Of a DNA stretch of 64,000 nt, positions 42,543 to 53,751 are shown piece by piece. The stretch lies in the NCBI GenBank assembly GCA_963822585.1, contig CAWGIE010000033.1, positions 64,001-128,000 on the forward strand. Reading direction: 5' to 3'. Each line of letters opens with the position of its first letter. Position 1 is the first letter of the stretch. The DNA is from an uncultured bacterium. GTDB lineage: Bacteria; Auribacterota; Erginobacteria; Erginobacterales; Erginobacteraceae. Under the pieces are notes generated by a model. The model ran no database searches. It saw only the letters and a list, made by a program, of their open reading frames with translations, and was not told where the DNA came from. A program made the position numbers and the translations under genes.

Positions 42543-44185
42543 TCAAAATCTAAACCGATAGAGTACCGTCCTGCGGCCCCGGTAATCGATCTCGTGTACC
42601 CGCTCCAACTCCTTCGGCGGGGGAGCGTCTTTTAGCAAAAAGGCCAGTTCGGGGCGGGCCCAGGGGATGGTCCACTCATCGATGACCAGGTATTTTCCTC
42701 CGGAACGGCGGGCGTCTTCAAGCATTTTCTCATAGCTCCCCGGATAGGGGAGAGCGTGGGGAGAACCCGTGTAGAAGGGCACCCCCATCTTCCGGCTGAT
42801 GATCATCTCACCGGAGACGCCGGGGATGTTCTCCCGTCATCCATTCCCCCAGCAGCTTGTATTCATAAGGGACGGTGTTTATCTTCCGGGGTATCAGGTA
42901 GACGGTAGCCGCCAGCGACACGGCGGCCAGAATAACGGCGACCGCGGTCGCCGACCTCCGCTGAAGGCGGGAGAAGCTTCCCCCCTTATCCGGGGGAAGG
43001 GCCCGGCGAACGAGATAGGCCCCCAGACAGACGACCGCGAGCGGGATATAGGTATAATAATAGCGCATGTCGATTCCGGAGAGGGCCAGATACTGAAGAG
43101 TGCTGGCAAAGACGAGAAGCAGGAAGGTGTCCCGGAACCGCCATTCTCTTCCTGACGACCTTCCTGATCAGCGCCAGCAGCACCGCCAGCAGAGCGGCGA
43201 CCACCACCCCGTCGACCGGGAGACGGGGAAGGCCCAGTTTCCGGATCTGAGGGCTGCTTCCCCAGGTCGATGAAGGAAAGAAGGGTTCTTGAAGAACCCC
43301 CGGATGATCTTCGCCCAGGTGCTCACGGAGAAAGCCCCCCATGCCCCCCCCCCGCGATCCAATCCCGCAAGGCCTGATCCCGGTAGGTATAGAGAGAAAA
43401 ACTCACCTCCTCCCAGGATCTTCCCCGAAGTATCCCTCAAAAGTAAACGGCCCCCGCCCGTTCGTCGTCCAGTGACCCAGGTGGCGGCGCAGGAAGATCC
43501 AGTAGGGAAAGGAGACGATGGCGAAGCCGGCCGCCAACCCCGCCCAGCCGGCGGCGATGCTGCCGATCCCTTTCTTCTCCCGGGCCTTCCCGGCCAGTAA
43601 AGGCAGGACCGCGGCCAGGGGGAGAAGGAAGATCGCTTCCGGCCGCGCCTGGTAGGCGAGGCTGACGCCTGCTCCCGTCGCCAGGCCGAGCAGGAAGCGG
43701 GCCGGATGGCAGAGCGATAGATCAGGCAAAGGCTGAAGATGAAGAGAGTCGTGTAGAGAGAGACGACCCGGATCTCGGTGGAGCTGTAAATGAAGGGAGG
43801 AAGGACCGCGGTAAGTAATGCCGCGTAGAGCCCGGTTCTCTCATTGAAAAGGATCTTCCCCGCCCAGAAGACCGGCAAGACCAGGAGCGCCCCGAATATG
43901 ACCGAGACCAGCTGGCCCCCTAACTCAAGATTTCCGGTTATCTCCCAGAATAACCCCGCCAGAACCGGGAAAGGGCGAGTGAATGGTCTGAGGGCGATCC
44001 TGGAAGACAAGCCCCTCGCCGGAAAAAAGGTTCTTCCCGCTCGCCGCCATCACCACCCCGTCGATGCCCCCGTCCGCGCCCACGAAACGGTAACAGCTCA
44101 GGGCCCAGATCCGCAGCCCGAGCGCGAGCAGGAAGATCACGATAAGAAGCGGCCTTATCCGTTTTTTGTTTATTTTCTTATCCAT
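42543..44185 (-). CDS. GT39/ArnT-like membrane glycosyltransferase (frameshifts)
   Basis: LALGLRIWAL, LVSVIFGALLVLPVF, LAYQARPEA, MRYYYTYIP, YLVIDE. Confidence 0.7.
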
Positions 44186-44734
44186 CAGGATCCGGGTTCA
44201 TATAATCCCGGAGACATAAATAGTACCGGAAATCTCATTAATCGCCACCATACTAAGAACTTAGCCCTCGCGTTGCTCGGGCGATTAAAAATAGTCCCAG
44301 ATGGATTCGACTCCGCTCACCACAAGTTTACACAGATGAACACAGATTACATTCCCTCTACCTCATCCCCTTTAATAAACCACGAATCACACGAATCTGC
44401 ACAAATTCCCTATCCCCCGGCCTCTTTGATTAACAGACGATTGTCGTAGATCCGGCAGTTTTTGACGGGATGTGATTGAATAGGATAAATACTCTATTTT
44501 ATAATCGATCTGATGGAATTTTTCACCGGACCGCACAAAATCAAATTTTATTGTGAGCCGGAGGCTCATCCCGATGGCTATCGGGGAAATTCGAAGCAAT
44601 AAATTAGCGCCTTCGGGGTGACTTTCGCCACTAAGAAAAACAAATAGGGCAAAGATGTTAACCTTTCGCCTCCTCTCTTCTTGGTGCCTTGGTGACTTGG
44701 TGGCTATTAATTATTGAAATGACGAAATAGAGAT

Positions 44735-45406
44735 TCATTTTGCCGCCGACGGTGCCGAGCAGTGTTTGTCTTCCAGCATGGAAGAACTGCGTCCGGACCG
44801 AACGAGGGCCAGGGATATCATGTGATATCCGGGTTTCCCCAGTATCCTGAGTTCGTAACGGGCGCTCTTCCTTTCTTCCAGGCCGGCCGCGGAAAAAAGC
44901 CGGCGCCAGCCTTCCAGCGGCCGGAAAAATTTCCCCCGGTCGAGGCGCTGCATGAACCGGTGATACCATTCCCCCGGGGCCGGGGCGAGCGGTTCCTGCA
45001 CGATAACCATCCCCCCCGGGGCCAGCATCCCCACCAGGCCGCGGAGTACGGCGGCGGCTTTTTCTTCGCCGATATGGTGAAGAAGGGAGTTAATGAGAAT
45101 GACATCAAACCGTTCCGGCAGCCGCAGCGTTTCCGCGTCGCCGGCCAGGAAACGCCGGGAAGGATAACGCTTCCGGGCGGCGGCGATATACCGGGGGTTG
45201 ATGTCCACGCCGGTGTAATCCGCCCCCGGAAAGAGAGGGACATCGGAGCCCGGGCCGCAGCCGACCGAGAGTACCGCGGCGTCGGCGTAGTCGGCCCGGA
45301 TCGCCCGGATCGCCTCTTCTTTCGCGCTGTTTACGAAAGAAGAGTGCACACGATAAACCCACGGATTGGAAAGGATGCGGTCGATCAGTCTATCGAGCGT
45401 GCTCAT
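44735..45406 (-). CDS. Class I SAM-dependent methyltransferase
   Basis: VLSVGCGPG, YTGVDINP, FDVILINSLLHHI. Confidence 0.85.
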   Translation of the reverse strand: MSTLDRLIDRILSNPWVYRVHSSFVNSAKEEAIRAIRADYADAAVLSVGCGPGSDVPLFPGADYTGVDINPRYIAAARKRYPSRRFLAGDAETLRLPERFDVILINSLLHHIGEEKAAAVLRGLVGMLAPGGMVIVQEPLAPAPGEWYHRFMQRLDRGKFFRPLEGWRRLFSAAGLEERKSARYELRILGKPGYHMISLALVRSGRSSSMLEDKHCSAPSAAK

Positions 45407-45586
45407 AGTTATACCTTGCTCAAAAAGGTGTTTTAGAAATCTTGCTCGAAACAAAAAAGATATCCGCCACGAAGGTCACGGAGTACACGAAGAATAGTAG
45501 GGAAAAATAAGATTTGCCTCATTATCTGTCAAAACCTTCGTGATCGCAGTCTCCCCCGATAAGTTCGGGGTGTTCTTCGCGGTGAA

Positions 45587-46960
45587 TTACTTTGTCGGTT
45601 CAGGCGTGTCTTCCCCCGGTTTCTCCCCGACCGCCAGGATGGAGGATCCGAAGGGAAATTTCGCCCGCCGGAGCCAGAGGGCCTCGGACGAAAAAACCAG
45701 ACCGAGCAGGCGGTTGACGAAATCGGGGGGGATGGTGAACTCGAACCCCTCCCGCCGGAAGCCCAGCAGCTTCTCCAGCCCCCGGGAGATAAGACGGACC
45801 AGGGCCACCGGGAGGAAGAGCAGGCTGCAGAAATAGGTGCTCCGGCGGACGGCGAACCCCGCCTCCCCGAGCAGGCGCCGCACCGGACCGATCCGGTACC
45901 GGCGGCGGTGACGGTTCAGGTCGTCATGGTGGCTCCACAGCCACCGGTACGCCGGAACAGTCAGGAGAAGTCGGCCTCCCGGCTTGAGCACCCGCCTGTA
46001 TTCGGTCAACGCCCCGAGGTCATCATCAATGTGCTCGATCACGTCGAGGGCGACAAGCAGGTCGAACGATGAATCGGGGAAGGGAAGGCGGTCCTCTTCC
46101 TCCATCAGGCGGACGTCGCGGCAGCCGCGCTTCCGGGAACAGCGGACCGCCTCGGCTGAAATATCCACCCCCGTGGCGTTTCCCAGCGACTCCAGGCGTT
46201 TCAGGGTGGCGCCGGTGCCGCAGCCGATATCGAGAATAAGGACCGGCGGCAGCGGCAACAGTCTCCGGCAGAACCCGAGGACGATCCGGCGGCGACCGAT
46301 AAACCACCAGTGGCTGTCCTCGGTCCGGTCGAAGTAGGTGTGAATGGTTTCCTCCGGGTGACGCCCCAGATCCAGCTTGGCCACCAGGAGAAGATGGGGA
46401 GGGAGCGGTTCCAGGTGGGCGGACACGGTATCCATACCGAATCCGTGGCGGCGGAGGAGTTCCTCCCACTCCCTCCGGCTCCGGAAACAGAGGCGTTCCG
46501 GGGGGCCGAAGTGAGCCTGTCCGGCCAGGGCGCGGGAAAGCCATTGCCAGAGCGGCTGGCGGTCAACCACCTCCATAACCAGCGGCGCGTCCGCCTTCAA
46601 AACCCGGGCGCAGCAGCTGATTAAAACTTCCTGAAGGCCATAATCCATTCGGGGGAGACTGCCGCAGATGACCGCCGCGTCCCATTTTGCTCCCGCGGGG
46701 GGAGGCTCCGGGGGAAACGCGATCCGGTCTATCACTGCGGAGGGACAATCCATTCCCGCCGGCGCCGAAGGTTCGGGGAAGCAGCACACAATCTTCCGCC
46801 CGGGCGAGCGTTCCGCCAGACGGGAGGCCGGCAGGACCGCTCCCTCTCCCCCGATAACAAGAATCCTCCCTTCGCCCGGGAGATGGGCATCGATCCTTTC
46901 GAGCAGGTCCCGAGACAGGGAACCGGGAAAGATGCCTTTCACCTTTTCATTTCCTCCCAC
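45587..46960 (-). CDS. Class I SAM-dependent methyltransferase with a degenerate N-terminal second MTase-like domain
   Basis: C-half EDSHWWF, ILDIGCGTG, LDVIEHI, TVPAYRWLWSHHD; N-half RILVIGGEG. Start may be GTG at 46942. Confidence 0.8.
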   Translation of the reverse strand: MGGNEKVKGIFPGSLSRDLLERIDAHLPGEGRILVIGGEGAVLPASRLAERSPGRKIVCCFPEPSAPAGMDCPSAVIDRIAFPPEPPPAGAKWDAAVICGSLPRMDYGLQEVLISCCARVLKADAPLVMEVVDRQPLWQWLSRALAGQAHFGPPERLCFRSRREWEELLRRHGFGMDTVSAHLEPLPPHLLLVAKLDLGRHPEETIHTYFDRTEDSHWWFIGRRRIVLGFCRRLLPLPPVLILDIGCGTGATLKRLESLGNATGVDISAEAVRCSRKRGCRDVRLMEEEDRLPFPDSSFDLLVALDVIEHIDDDLGALTEYRRVLKPGGRLLLTVPAYRWLWSHHDDLNRHRRRYRIGPVRRLLGEAGFAVRRSTYFCSLLFLPVALVRLISRGLEKLLGFRREGFEFTIPPDFVNRLLGLVFSSEALWLRRAKFPFGSSILAVGEKPGEDTPEPTK

Positions 46961-47585
46961 CGACGACGTATAGGGAAAGAAGCAGACCGACGACCAGTAT
47001 GGCCAGAGCCACGCCGATCACTATCATCCGGGCACGCGCGTAGGCGGAGATGAGGCGCTCCTTGGCCCGGAGCCCCATCTTGATGTAATCTTTTTCCATG
47101 CGCTTTCCCACCGACTCCGCCAGCTGGAAGAGATGGCGTCCCTCGGTGTTGCTCAGTTCCTGGGCGAGCCGGTCGTTGTCCTCTTCTTCCCGGTCCCGGG
47201 AGAGAGCCAGCACCCGGGCCTGGACGACACGGTACTCGTCCCACCGGGTCAGCAGGTTCTTGAACTCCTCCCGTTCCTCATCGCCGTCCAGGTTTTTTTC
47301 GAGTTGGTGGCGGGCATCTTCGAAGAGAGTGAGGGCGCCGTCGATCCTCTCCTCTGCGGATCGGTGCTCTTCCCCGGTGGTGCTGATGATGTGATTTTTC
47401 TCCCCCAGGCGGACCCGGTACATTGCCAGCTCGAGGTCCCTGATACCGGCCACGCTGGGGAGGGTGTCGTCGGATATCTCCCGGGCGGATTTTTCCAGCC
47501 GGCCGACCTCGATAAAAATCACCAGACAAACCGCCAGGGCGATGACCATCATCAGCCCTCCCCCCAGCTGCAGGCCGACTTTCAT
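46947..47585 (-). CDS. Stand-alone four-helix-bundle sensor domain protein (4HB_MCP-like) with two TM helices
   Basis: MKVGLQLGGGL TM1; ISDDTLPSV..RLGEKNHII; TM2 followed directly by the stop. Confidence 0.7.
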   Translation of the reverse strand: MKVGLQLGGGLMMVIALAVCLVIFIEVGRLEKSAREISDDTLPSVAGIRDLELAMYRVRLGEKNHIISTTGEEHRSAEERIDGALTLFEDARHQLEKNLDGDEEREEFKNLLTRWDEYRVVQARVLALSRDREEEDNDRLAQELSNTEGRHLFQLAESVGKRMEKDYIKMGLRAKERLISAYARARMIVIGVALAILVVGLLLSLYVVGGRK

Positions 47586-48253
47586 GCCTCCCCCCCCTGC
47601 TCATCCCGGGCCGGTCGGGGATTGTCCTTCCGGCAGACGAAAAGGACGTCCGAGAGCGGGATATCTTTATGGGCCGGGAAGGTGGCGACGGAGAACCCGA
47701 TACCGGCCAGGAGGTTGATCCAGTTTCCGGGCCGGCGGAAATTCTGGCGCTTTCCGAAGTTGAGGGTCCGGTCGATGAAGAAGTGCGCGATCCATTTCCA
47801 GCGCGGTTCGTCGCCGACGTCCTCCATCAGGAGAAGACCGCGAAGAGGGAGGATGGCATAGCAATGACGAAGCAGCCGCTCCTGCTGGGGGTAGGTCAAA
47901 TGATGCAGGAAGTCGCTCATAATGATACAGTCGAAGGTGTCCTGCCTGATCTCAAGGCCGTCCTGGTCCCGGAAGGTGATGTTGCTCCTCCCTTTAACCG
48001 ACGTCTGGGCGGCCCTGATCCTCACTGCCTGTTTGTCGATCCCCACCACCCGCCGCTCGTTCCCGGTCAGGGCAAGATAGTTGGCCAGCATCCCCCGTCC
48101 GCAGCCGATATCGGCGATCCTCCCTTCGGGGGGGACATGGGCGGCGATGGTCATGAAGGGACAGAGACGCCAGCGCATCCTGACGTGCCAGCGCTGCCAG
48201 AAGGGAAGATCGGAGTAGAGGTTATACAGGTCTTTTGGAATCGGCGGAAGCAT
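47582..48253 (-). CDS. Class I SAM-dependent methyltransferase
   Basis: IADIGCGRG, VVGIDKQ, FDCIIMSDFLHHL. Confidence 0.85.
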   Translation of the reverse strand: MLPPIPKDLYNLYSDLPFWQRWHVRMRWRLCPFMTIAAHVPPEGRIADIGCGRGMLANYLALTGNERRVVGIDKQAVRIRAAQTSVKGRSNITFRDQDGLEIRQDTFDCIIMSDFLHHLTYPQQERLLRHCYAILPLRGLLLMEDVGDEPRWKWIAHFFIDRTLNFGKRQNFRRPGNWINLLAGIGFSVATFPAHKDIPLSDVLFVCRKDNPRPARDEQGGEA

Positions 48254-48327
48254 GTTGCTTTATAGAATCTCTTGTTTCGCGGGGGATATCATCGTTACAA
48301 AACCGGACAAAAATAAAAACGACCTTA

Positions 48328-48550
48328 AAATACGAAATACGAAATACGAAATAATATCAAAATCACAATGACCAAACCACCCCAACGCCTTCTTGCCTTG
48401 GACACTGTTAACTAATCAAACCAACCAGCAACTAATCCCTAATGTGATCGAGGTTTTTCTTAAACAATTTTTCTTTTTCGGCCGATTTTTACATTTAAGT
48501 TTTGGATTTTGAATTTCTTTCGGATTTCGATATTCGGATTTCGAATTTTC
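48328..48550. repeat. AATACGA/TTCGGAT 7-bp-period inverted-repeat element
   Basis: AAATACGAAATACGAAATACGAAAT ... TTTCGGATTTCGATATTCGGATTTCGAATTT. Confidence 0.75.
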
Positions 48551-48600
48551 CCTCGCCCTCTATATTTGAACCCTCTTTCATGGTAAAGACTATTAACCAA

Positions 48601-49635
48601 TTAAGAGAGCTCTTCATTCCTTATAAATCCTTGGGCGAGGGGTTGTACCCCCCGGATCAGCCACCAGCTCCCCTGGATCACCCCCAGGGACCAGGCCATT
48701 TTGGTCAGGAACTTGAACGGCATCATCAGGATATAGCGGGGCCCCTTCTTCATCGACCAGATCGTCATCCGCAGGTGACTGAGCAGCGAGAGGACCAGCA
48801 GGGTGACGAAGATCCAGGGATACCAGGGGATGAGAACGATCGAGAGCAGGGTGAAAAAATGAAGGAGCAGCTTGACGTGCTCGGACACGGTTCCCCGCTG
48901 GTGTGGTGAACCTCCCGGTGCAGCGGACGTAGAGGAACTTATGGCGGGCGGTCTTTAAATGACGCTGGAGATGCTTGAAGAGGCGGTCTCGGAAATAATG
49001 CCGGACCCGGACGTCCTTGAGGATCTTGATGGTGTAGCCGGCATTGGACCATCCGGTAAGCCGGAATCCACGTGTCCTCGACCAGGGGGAGCGAACTGGT
49101 CCAAATAGCCGATCTCGTCGAAAATCTTTTTCTTGATGGCGAAGCGGTATTCCCAGAAAAGAATCCGGCTCGTCAACTACATCAATGATTCTCATATCCC
49201 CGGAAAATCGGGGAAGAACCAGCAGATTCTGCAGATTGTGATTGTCCCACCAGGACATGACCACCCCCCGTTTCTCATCGGCGAGCAGCGGCTTCACCAT
49301 CCGGCTGATCGGATTCGGAGGGGACCTTGAGGTCGGAGTCCATGGTGATGACGAGTGTCGAGCCGGGCGGCCCGGATCGCCTGGTTGCGGGCCGCCGATA
49401 TTCCCAGATGGGGCCCGCTGATCAGCTTAGGCAGGGGTTCTGCTGCCGGACCACGTCCGGGGTGTTGTCGGTCGAGCCGTCGTCCACCACGATCACCTCG
49501 TAATCCGGGTAGTCCTGGGGGAGGAGGCTCTCCAGGCATTCTCCGATCATCTTCGCGTTATTGTAGATCGGGGTGATAACCGTCACCCGGGGGAGCTTAG
49601 CTCTTATCCGTTTTTCCAGCCTCGTTAGGACACAT
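48601..49635 (-). CDS. GT2 family glycosyltransferase (multiple frameshifts; start approximate)
   Basis: VTVITPIYNNAKMIGECLESLLPQDYPDYEVIVVDDGSTDNT; GISAARN; C-terminal TM helices. Confidence 0.7.
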
Positions 49636-49733
49636 TAGATTTACAACCGTGCTTATTCGTTCTTGAAGACGTTACAATCAATCCGATTCCTGCCGCGACT
49701 CTTCCCAATTCTGAGTCATCGTGTTCAAAACTC

Positions 49734-49758
49734 AACATAACGCCGAAGGCGTTATGTT
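49734..49758 (-). terminator. Perfect hairpin just after the SGNH stop
   Basis: AACATAACGCC-GAA-GGCGTTATGTT. Confidence 0.55.
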
Positions 49759-49761
49759 ATA

Positions 49762-50832
49762 TCAGATGGCCCCCGTGCTCACCAGATAATAATAGACCTG
49801 GCCGGCGATCACCTCCTGGCCGGCGGCGGAAGGATGGGCCCCGCCGAAAAGGTCCTGACCCGCCGCTTCCGCCTCCTGGAAAGCCGGCTGGCAGTCGACG
49901 ATCTCCACCCCCTGCCGGGCCAGATTGTCCCGCAATGTCACCAGATAGGAATGGTAATACCGGACCCGGTCTTTCAGAGGCATCAACACCAGGATGAATT
50001 TCCCGCCACTGCTCTCGACATCGTCCTTCCACCGTTCGATGATCTTCTGGGAAAGCAGTACCCCTTCGGCATACCGGTCCCGGGGGATCTTCTCTGCCGG
50101 GTAAACGGGATCGGGGATCTCCGGCAGCGACTTCCAGAGCCGGTCCTCCGGGGGGAAAAAGCGGTCGAAAAGATACAATCTCCTGGTATCGAAGAGGATA
50201 TCGGCCCAGCCGGCCGCCTGACGGTCCTCTTTGGTCTCCCGGGGGACCGGGACATGTTCGAGGTGAATATCACCGTCCCGGTACACAAAGCGGGGCTTAT
50301 GTCTCCCGCCTTCCTTCCATCGCGACTTGATCACGCGCTGGATATCCCAGCTGATGATACCGGCCAGCACAATCTCGGGGCGTAATTTCTCAGCCTCCTC
50401 CCGGTAACGGAGATACATCTGGCCGATCCCATACGCGCAGACACCCATGTTCAGAACCCCGACCCCCCGCTTTCCGGTCTTTTCGTTCAGGAGATAGGGC
50501 CAGGCATGGGAACCGTGCAGCTCGTCGCCGAAAGTGAAGGAATCGCCGAAAGCGAGGATGAGCCGGCCCGGAAGAGGGTTCTCTATCTCTTCTTCGTTGC
50601 CGGCCCGGGCGCCGTACCGGTCGATTACGACCTTCTTGACCACGGCGCCGGGGATGTGGGTCCAGCCCAGGACTTCATCGTAACAACTCCAGACCCCCGG
50701 CGCTTCCTCCGGCGCCGGGGGGAGCTTTATCGCCACATATACCCGGTAACCGACCTCAGCCAGGACAAGCACCAGGACTATCGAGATTACCAGGAGGACA
50801 CCGTTCAGCAGTATTGTCTTTTTCTTGGCCAT
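49762..50832 (-). CDS. Membrane-anchored SGNH/GDSL protein
   Basis: N-terminal TM; YDEVLGW, LAFGDSFTFG, LNMGVCAYGIGQ, AHPSAAG. Confidence 0.85.
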   Translation of the reverse strand: MAKKKTILLNGVLLVISIVLVLVLAEVGYRVYVAIKLPPAPEEAPGVWSCYDEVLGWTHIPGAVVKKVVIDRYGARAGNEEEIENPLPGRLILAFGDSFTFGDELHGSHAWPYLLNEKTGKRGVGVLNMGVCAYGIGQMYLRYREEAEKLRPEIVLAGIISWDIQRVIKSRWKEGGRHKPRFVYRDGDIHLEHVPVPRETKEDRQAAGWADILFDTRRLYLFDRFFPPEDRLWKSLPEIPDPVYPAEKIPRDRYAEGVLLSQKIIERWKDDVESSGGKFILVLMPLKDRVRYYHSYLVTLRDNLARQGVEIVDCQPAFQEAEAAGQDLFGGAHPSAAGQEVIAGQVYYYLVSTGAI

Positions 50833-50951
50833 GGCCTATCAAAACCACGAAGGGCACGAAGAGCACGAAGGGTTTTTAAATCTATTATCTTCTTTCTCTC
50901 CCTGCCCCGGTCTGCCCGGAAGCATTCGATGAATTCTTCCGGATGAACCCG

Positions 50952-51934
50952 CTATGCGGAACCGGAAGTCCGGTTCGGATAACTCCGGTACCAACGAACG
51001 GTCCTCTCCAATCCTTCTCTCAAGTCGATTGACGGCCTCCAGCCGGAGGCATCGCGAATTCTGGTATGATCCCCCACAAACCGCCGGATCTCGTTCTCGC
51101 GATAGGGGAGCACCTCCGGGTCCACCCGGACCCCGCCTTCCATCATTGAGTCGATCAGCACTACCAGGTCCCGTAATGAGATCTCCTCACCGGTCCCCAG
51201 GTTGAATACCTCGCCATAGCCGCGGCCTTCCTTGGCCGCCAGCAGAAATCCCTCCACCACGTCGTCGATATAGGTGTACTCCCGGGTCTGTTCGCCGGCC
51301 GTCATCCGGACCGGTTCTCCGGACAGGCCGGCCCGGATCAACTGGGGAAGAAATCGTTCCACGCCCTGGCCCGGGCCATAGACGAGAAAGAGCCGCATAA
51401 TTCTGACCGATGCTCCCAGGGACGCGGCGGCCATCCGGCCAAACATGGTGGCGGCGGCTTTGAGAATGAATACGGGGAGATCGGATCGAGGGACATCTCC
51501 TCTCTAAACGGCGCCGGATTTCGTCCATAGGCCTCGGCGGTACAGGCGGAAATCATGATCTCGTAATCAACCCGGCTCAGAGCAGCTATCAAATTGACGG
51601 TGCCCCCCAGGTTTACTGCCAGGGCCTCATCGATCTTTCTCCAGTCCCGGCTGACATCGGTCATGGCGGCCAGGTGGAATACTCTCCGCGGCGCGATCTT
51701 CCGGATGGCCTCCTGTACGGCAGTCCGGTCGCGGATGTCGACGGGATAGATCCCGATCGCGGACTCCAGTCCGTCCAGCCGCCCCCGAGGAGCGTCCGGA
51801 TGAATCAGGGCCGAGACCCGGGCTCCTTCCCGGACCAGGCGCCGCGCCAGCGCGGAACCGATGAATCCTTCCGCCCCCGTGACCAGCACGGGAATAGTGC
51901 GATACCCTTCAATTGGCACGTTCTTTCCGCTCAT
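50952..51934 (-). CDS. NAD-dependent NDP-sugar epimerase/reductase (frameshift ~51455)
   Basis: VLVTGAEGFIG, FHLAA, PYSFSK (YxxxK), VYGPGQ, REYTYIDDV. Confidence 0.85.
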
Positions 51935-51968
51935 CGTTTCATGGCTTGTATCATAGGGATCGGCAAAA

Positions 51969-52049
51969 TGGAGTAGTGGAGTGCTGGAATGGTGGAGTGA
52001 TGGGGAGAAGAATGCTCCGGGTCATCACTCCATTACTCCACCGCTTCAT
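51969..52049. repeat. GGAGTGAT-type inverted-repeat element, copy 2
   Basis: TGGAGTAGTGGAGTGCTGGAATGGTGGAGTGATG ... CATCACTCCATTACTCCA. Confidence 0.8.
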
Positions 52050-52060
52050 TATTTTCCTCT

Positions 52061-53644
52061 TCAATCCCGTGGTACTCCGGCGGGCTTTAAATACTCTTCG
52101 ATCACTGTCGCGGCCACGTTCTCCGCCAGGATATGGTTTCCTTCCGGGGTGCAGTGCCCGAAATCACCGGCAAAAGCGTCCTTGAAAAGATCATCGTAGT
52201 CGGCATTTCGGAGTGCCTCTTTAAAAACGTCCTCGTTGTCGACGAAGATGATGTCGTCATGGTCTTCCAGCATCTTCTCGAGGGAGCCCACCGCTCTCAT
52301 CGGGTACTGGACGGCGACCAGCTGGATTCCCCTGCGATCGACGATCTTCGTGATCCGTTGGTAGCTGTCGAAGGTGATCGGGTTGTAGGTATTCATCAGG
52401 CGGCGACGGTCCTGCCGCAGGTATTGCTCGGCTTTTTCGGGCTCTCCCAGTTGCCGGTAGATGTAGGCCAGTTCCACGTAGGCCCTCTTGTGGTACGGGT
52501 CGCGCTCGATCGCGTTTTCGCAGACCCCGATCGCCGAGCGATAATCCCCCTCCGCTTCGTAGCAGCTCCAGAGCGTGACCGTGGCCAGGTAATTGTCCGG
52601 GTTGATCTCCAATGCCCGGCGGGCCCGTTCCTTCCCCCGGGCGATCTGTTTGTTTTTCCAGAAATCGATCCAGGCCAGGGAGGCAAGCGCCTGGTCGTTG
52701 GCCGGGTTGATTTCGATGGCCTTGCTGAAGGATTCCATCGCCTGGCCGTATTTTTTCTTCGAGAGGAAAGACCGCCCCAGGAGCGTCCAGGCCCTGTCGT
52801 TGCCGGGGTTAATCTCAATGGCTTTCCAGCAGGCCCGCGTCACGCCCTTATGGTACTGCTTGTTCAGATGGCCCCGCGCCCGGCCGACATATGCCTCGTC
52901 GCACCTCGGGTCCAGCTTGATCGCCTTTTCGAAGATTTCCGTCGCCTCTTGATACCGGTCCTGGCTGAGATAGCAGTCTCCCATCCGGACCAACGCGGCC
53001 GGGTCATCCGGATGTTTTTGCAGTTCCGCCCGAAGCTCCGCTTCCAGTTGAAAGAGGTCGTACTCCGGCCCCATCAAACCGCGGTACTGATAGAGATCGG
53101 GGTCGAGACGATTGGGGGAAGCCAGGCCGTACTTTTCCAGGGCGATTTCGATATTTTGCCCCAGCAGGGCCGCCAGTTTATAAACCCGGAACCCCTCGAT
53201 GAATTCCCCCAGGGAAGAGGTTTTTTCGTGCAGCCGGTGGCTGACCGAAGTGTCGTTGATCCCCATCATGGCCACGACCATATCGGGCCGGTAATCATCC
53301 ATCCAGCCTTCCAGATTATCCGCGATGTAGGCCGTGCTGCATCCGGGCTTCCCCTTGTTGATGACGGTAAAACTCTTGTCGGGAAATTTTTCGTCGAGAA
53401 GAGACTGCAGCTGGTTGGGATAGGCGTAGGTATGATCGCCGTCGTAGGTGGTGGACTCCCCGATACAGATGATGCGGTATTCTTCCTTGTTTTCCCGGTC
53501 GATCCGGTTGGGCCGGTCCCGGAGGGAAAGAACGACAAAACCGGCCAGGCGGAGACCGAGCTCCAGGAGGATAACCGTGACGATGATACTGCCGCCGATC
53601 AGGGCGATCTTCTGTCTTACTGTTGTTTTGCCTTTACAAGTCAT
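52061..53644 (-). CDS. Membrane-anchored SGNH-like protein with an inserted TPR array
   Basis: ICIGESTT, INKGKPG, MMGIND; about six TPRs (KAIEINP etc.); C-terminal DFGHCTPEGN. Confidence 0.8.
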   Translation of the reverse strand: MTCKGKTTVRQKIALIGGSIIVTVILLELGLRLAGFVVLSLRDRPNRIDRENKEEYRIICIGESTTYDGDHTYAYPNQLQSLLDEKFPDKSFTVINKGKPGCSTAYIADNLEGWMDDYRPDMVVAMMGINDTSVSHRLHEKTSSLGEFIEGFRVYKLAALLGQNIEIALEKYGLASPNRLDPDLYQYRGLMGPEYDLFQLEAELRAELQKHPDDPAALVRMGDCYLSQDRYQEATEIFEKAIKLDPRCDEAYVGRARGHLNKQYHKGVTRACWKAIEINPGNDRAWTLLGRSFLSKKKYGQAMESFSKAIEINPANDQALASLAWIDFWKNKQIARGKERARRALEINPDNYLATVTLWSCYEAEGDYRSAIGVCENAIERDPYHKRAYVELAYIYRQLGEPEKAEQYLRQDRRRLMNTYNPITFDSYQRITKIVDRRGIQLVAVQYPMRAVGSLEKMLEDHDDIIFVDNEDVFKEALRNADYDDLFKDAFAGDFGHCTPEGNHILAENVAATVIEEYLKPAGVPRD

Positions 53645-53751
53645 ACTAAAACCACGAAGGTAACAAACGCCTTGAATATACAATCCTTCGTGACCTTCGT
53701 GGTAAATATCAGGTTACAAACCGGCTAAAGATAACCCGAGGGACAAAACGA

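Noticed and set aside
3300..53728. Long antisense ORFs (e.g. 3300-4454, 32474-33778, 52133-53728)
   Set aside because: Shadow frames of GC-rich genes with no recognisable motifs.
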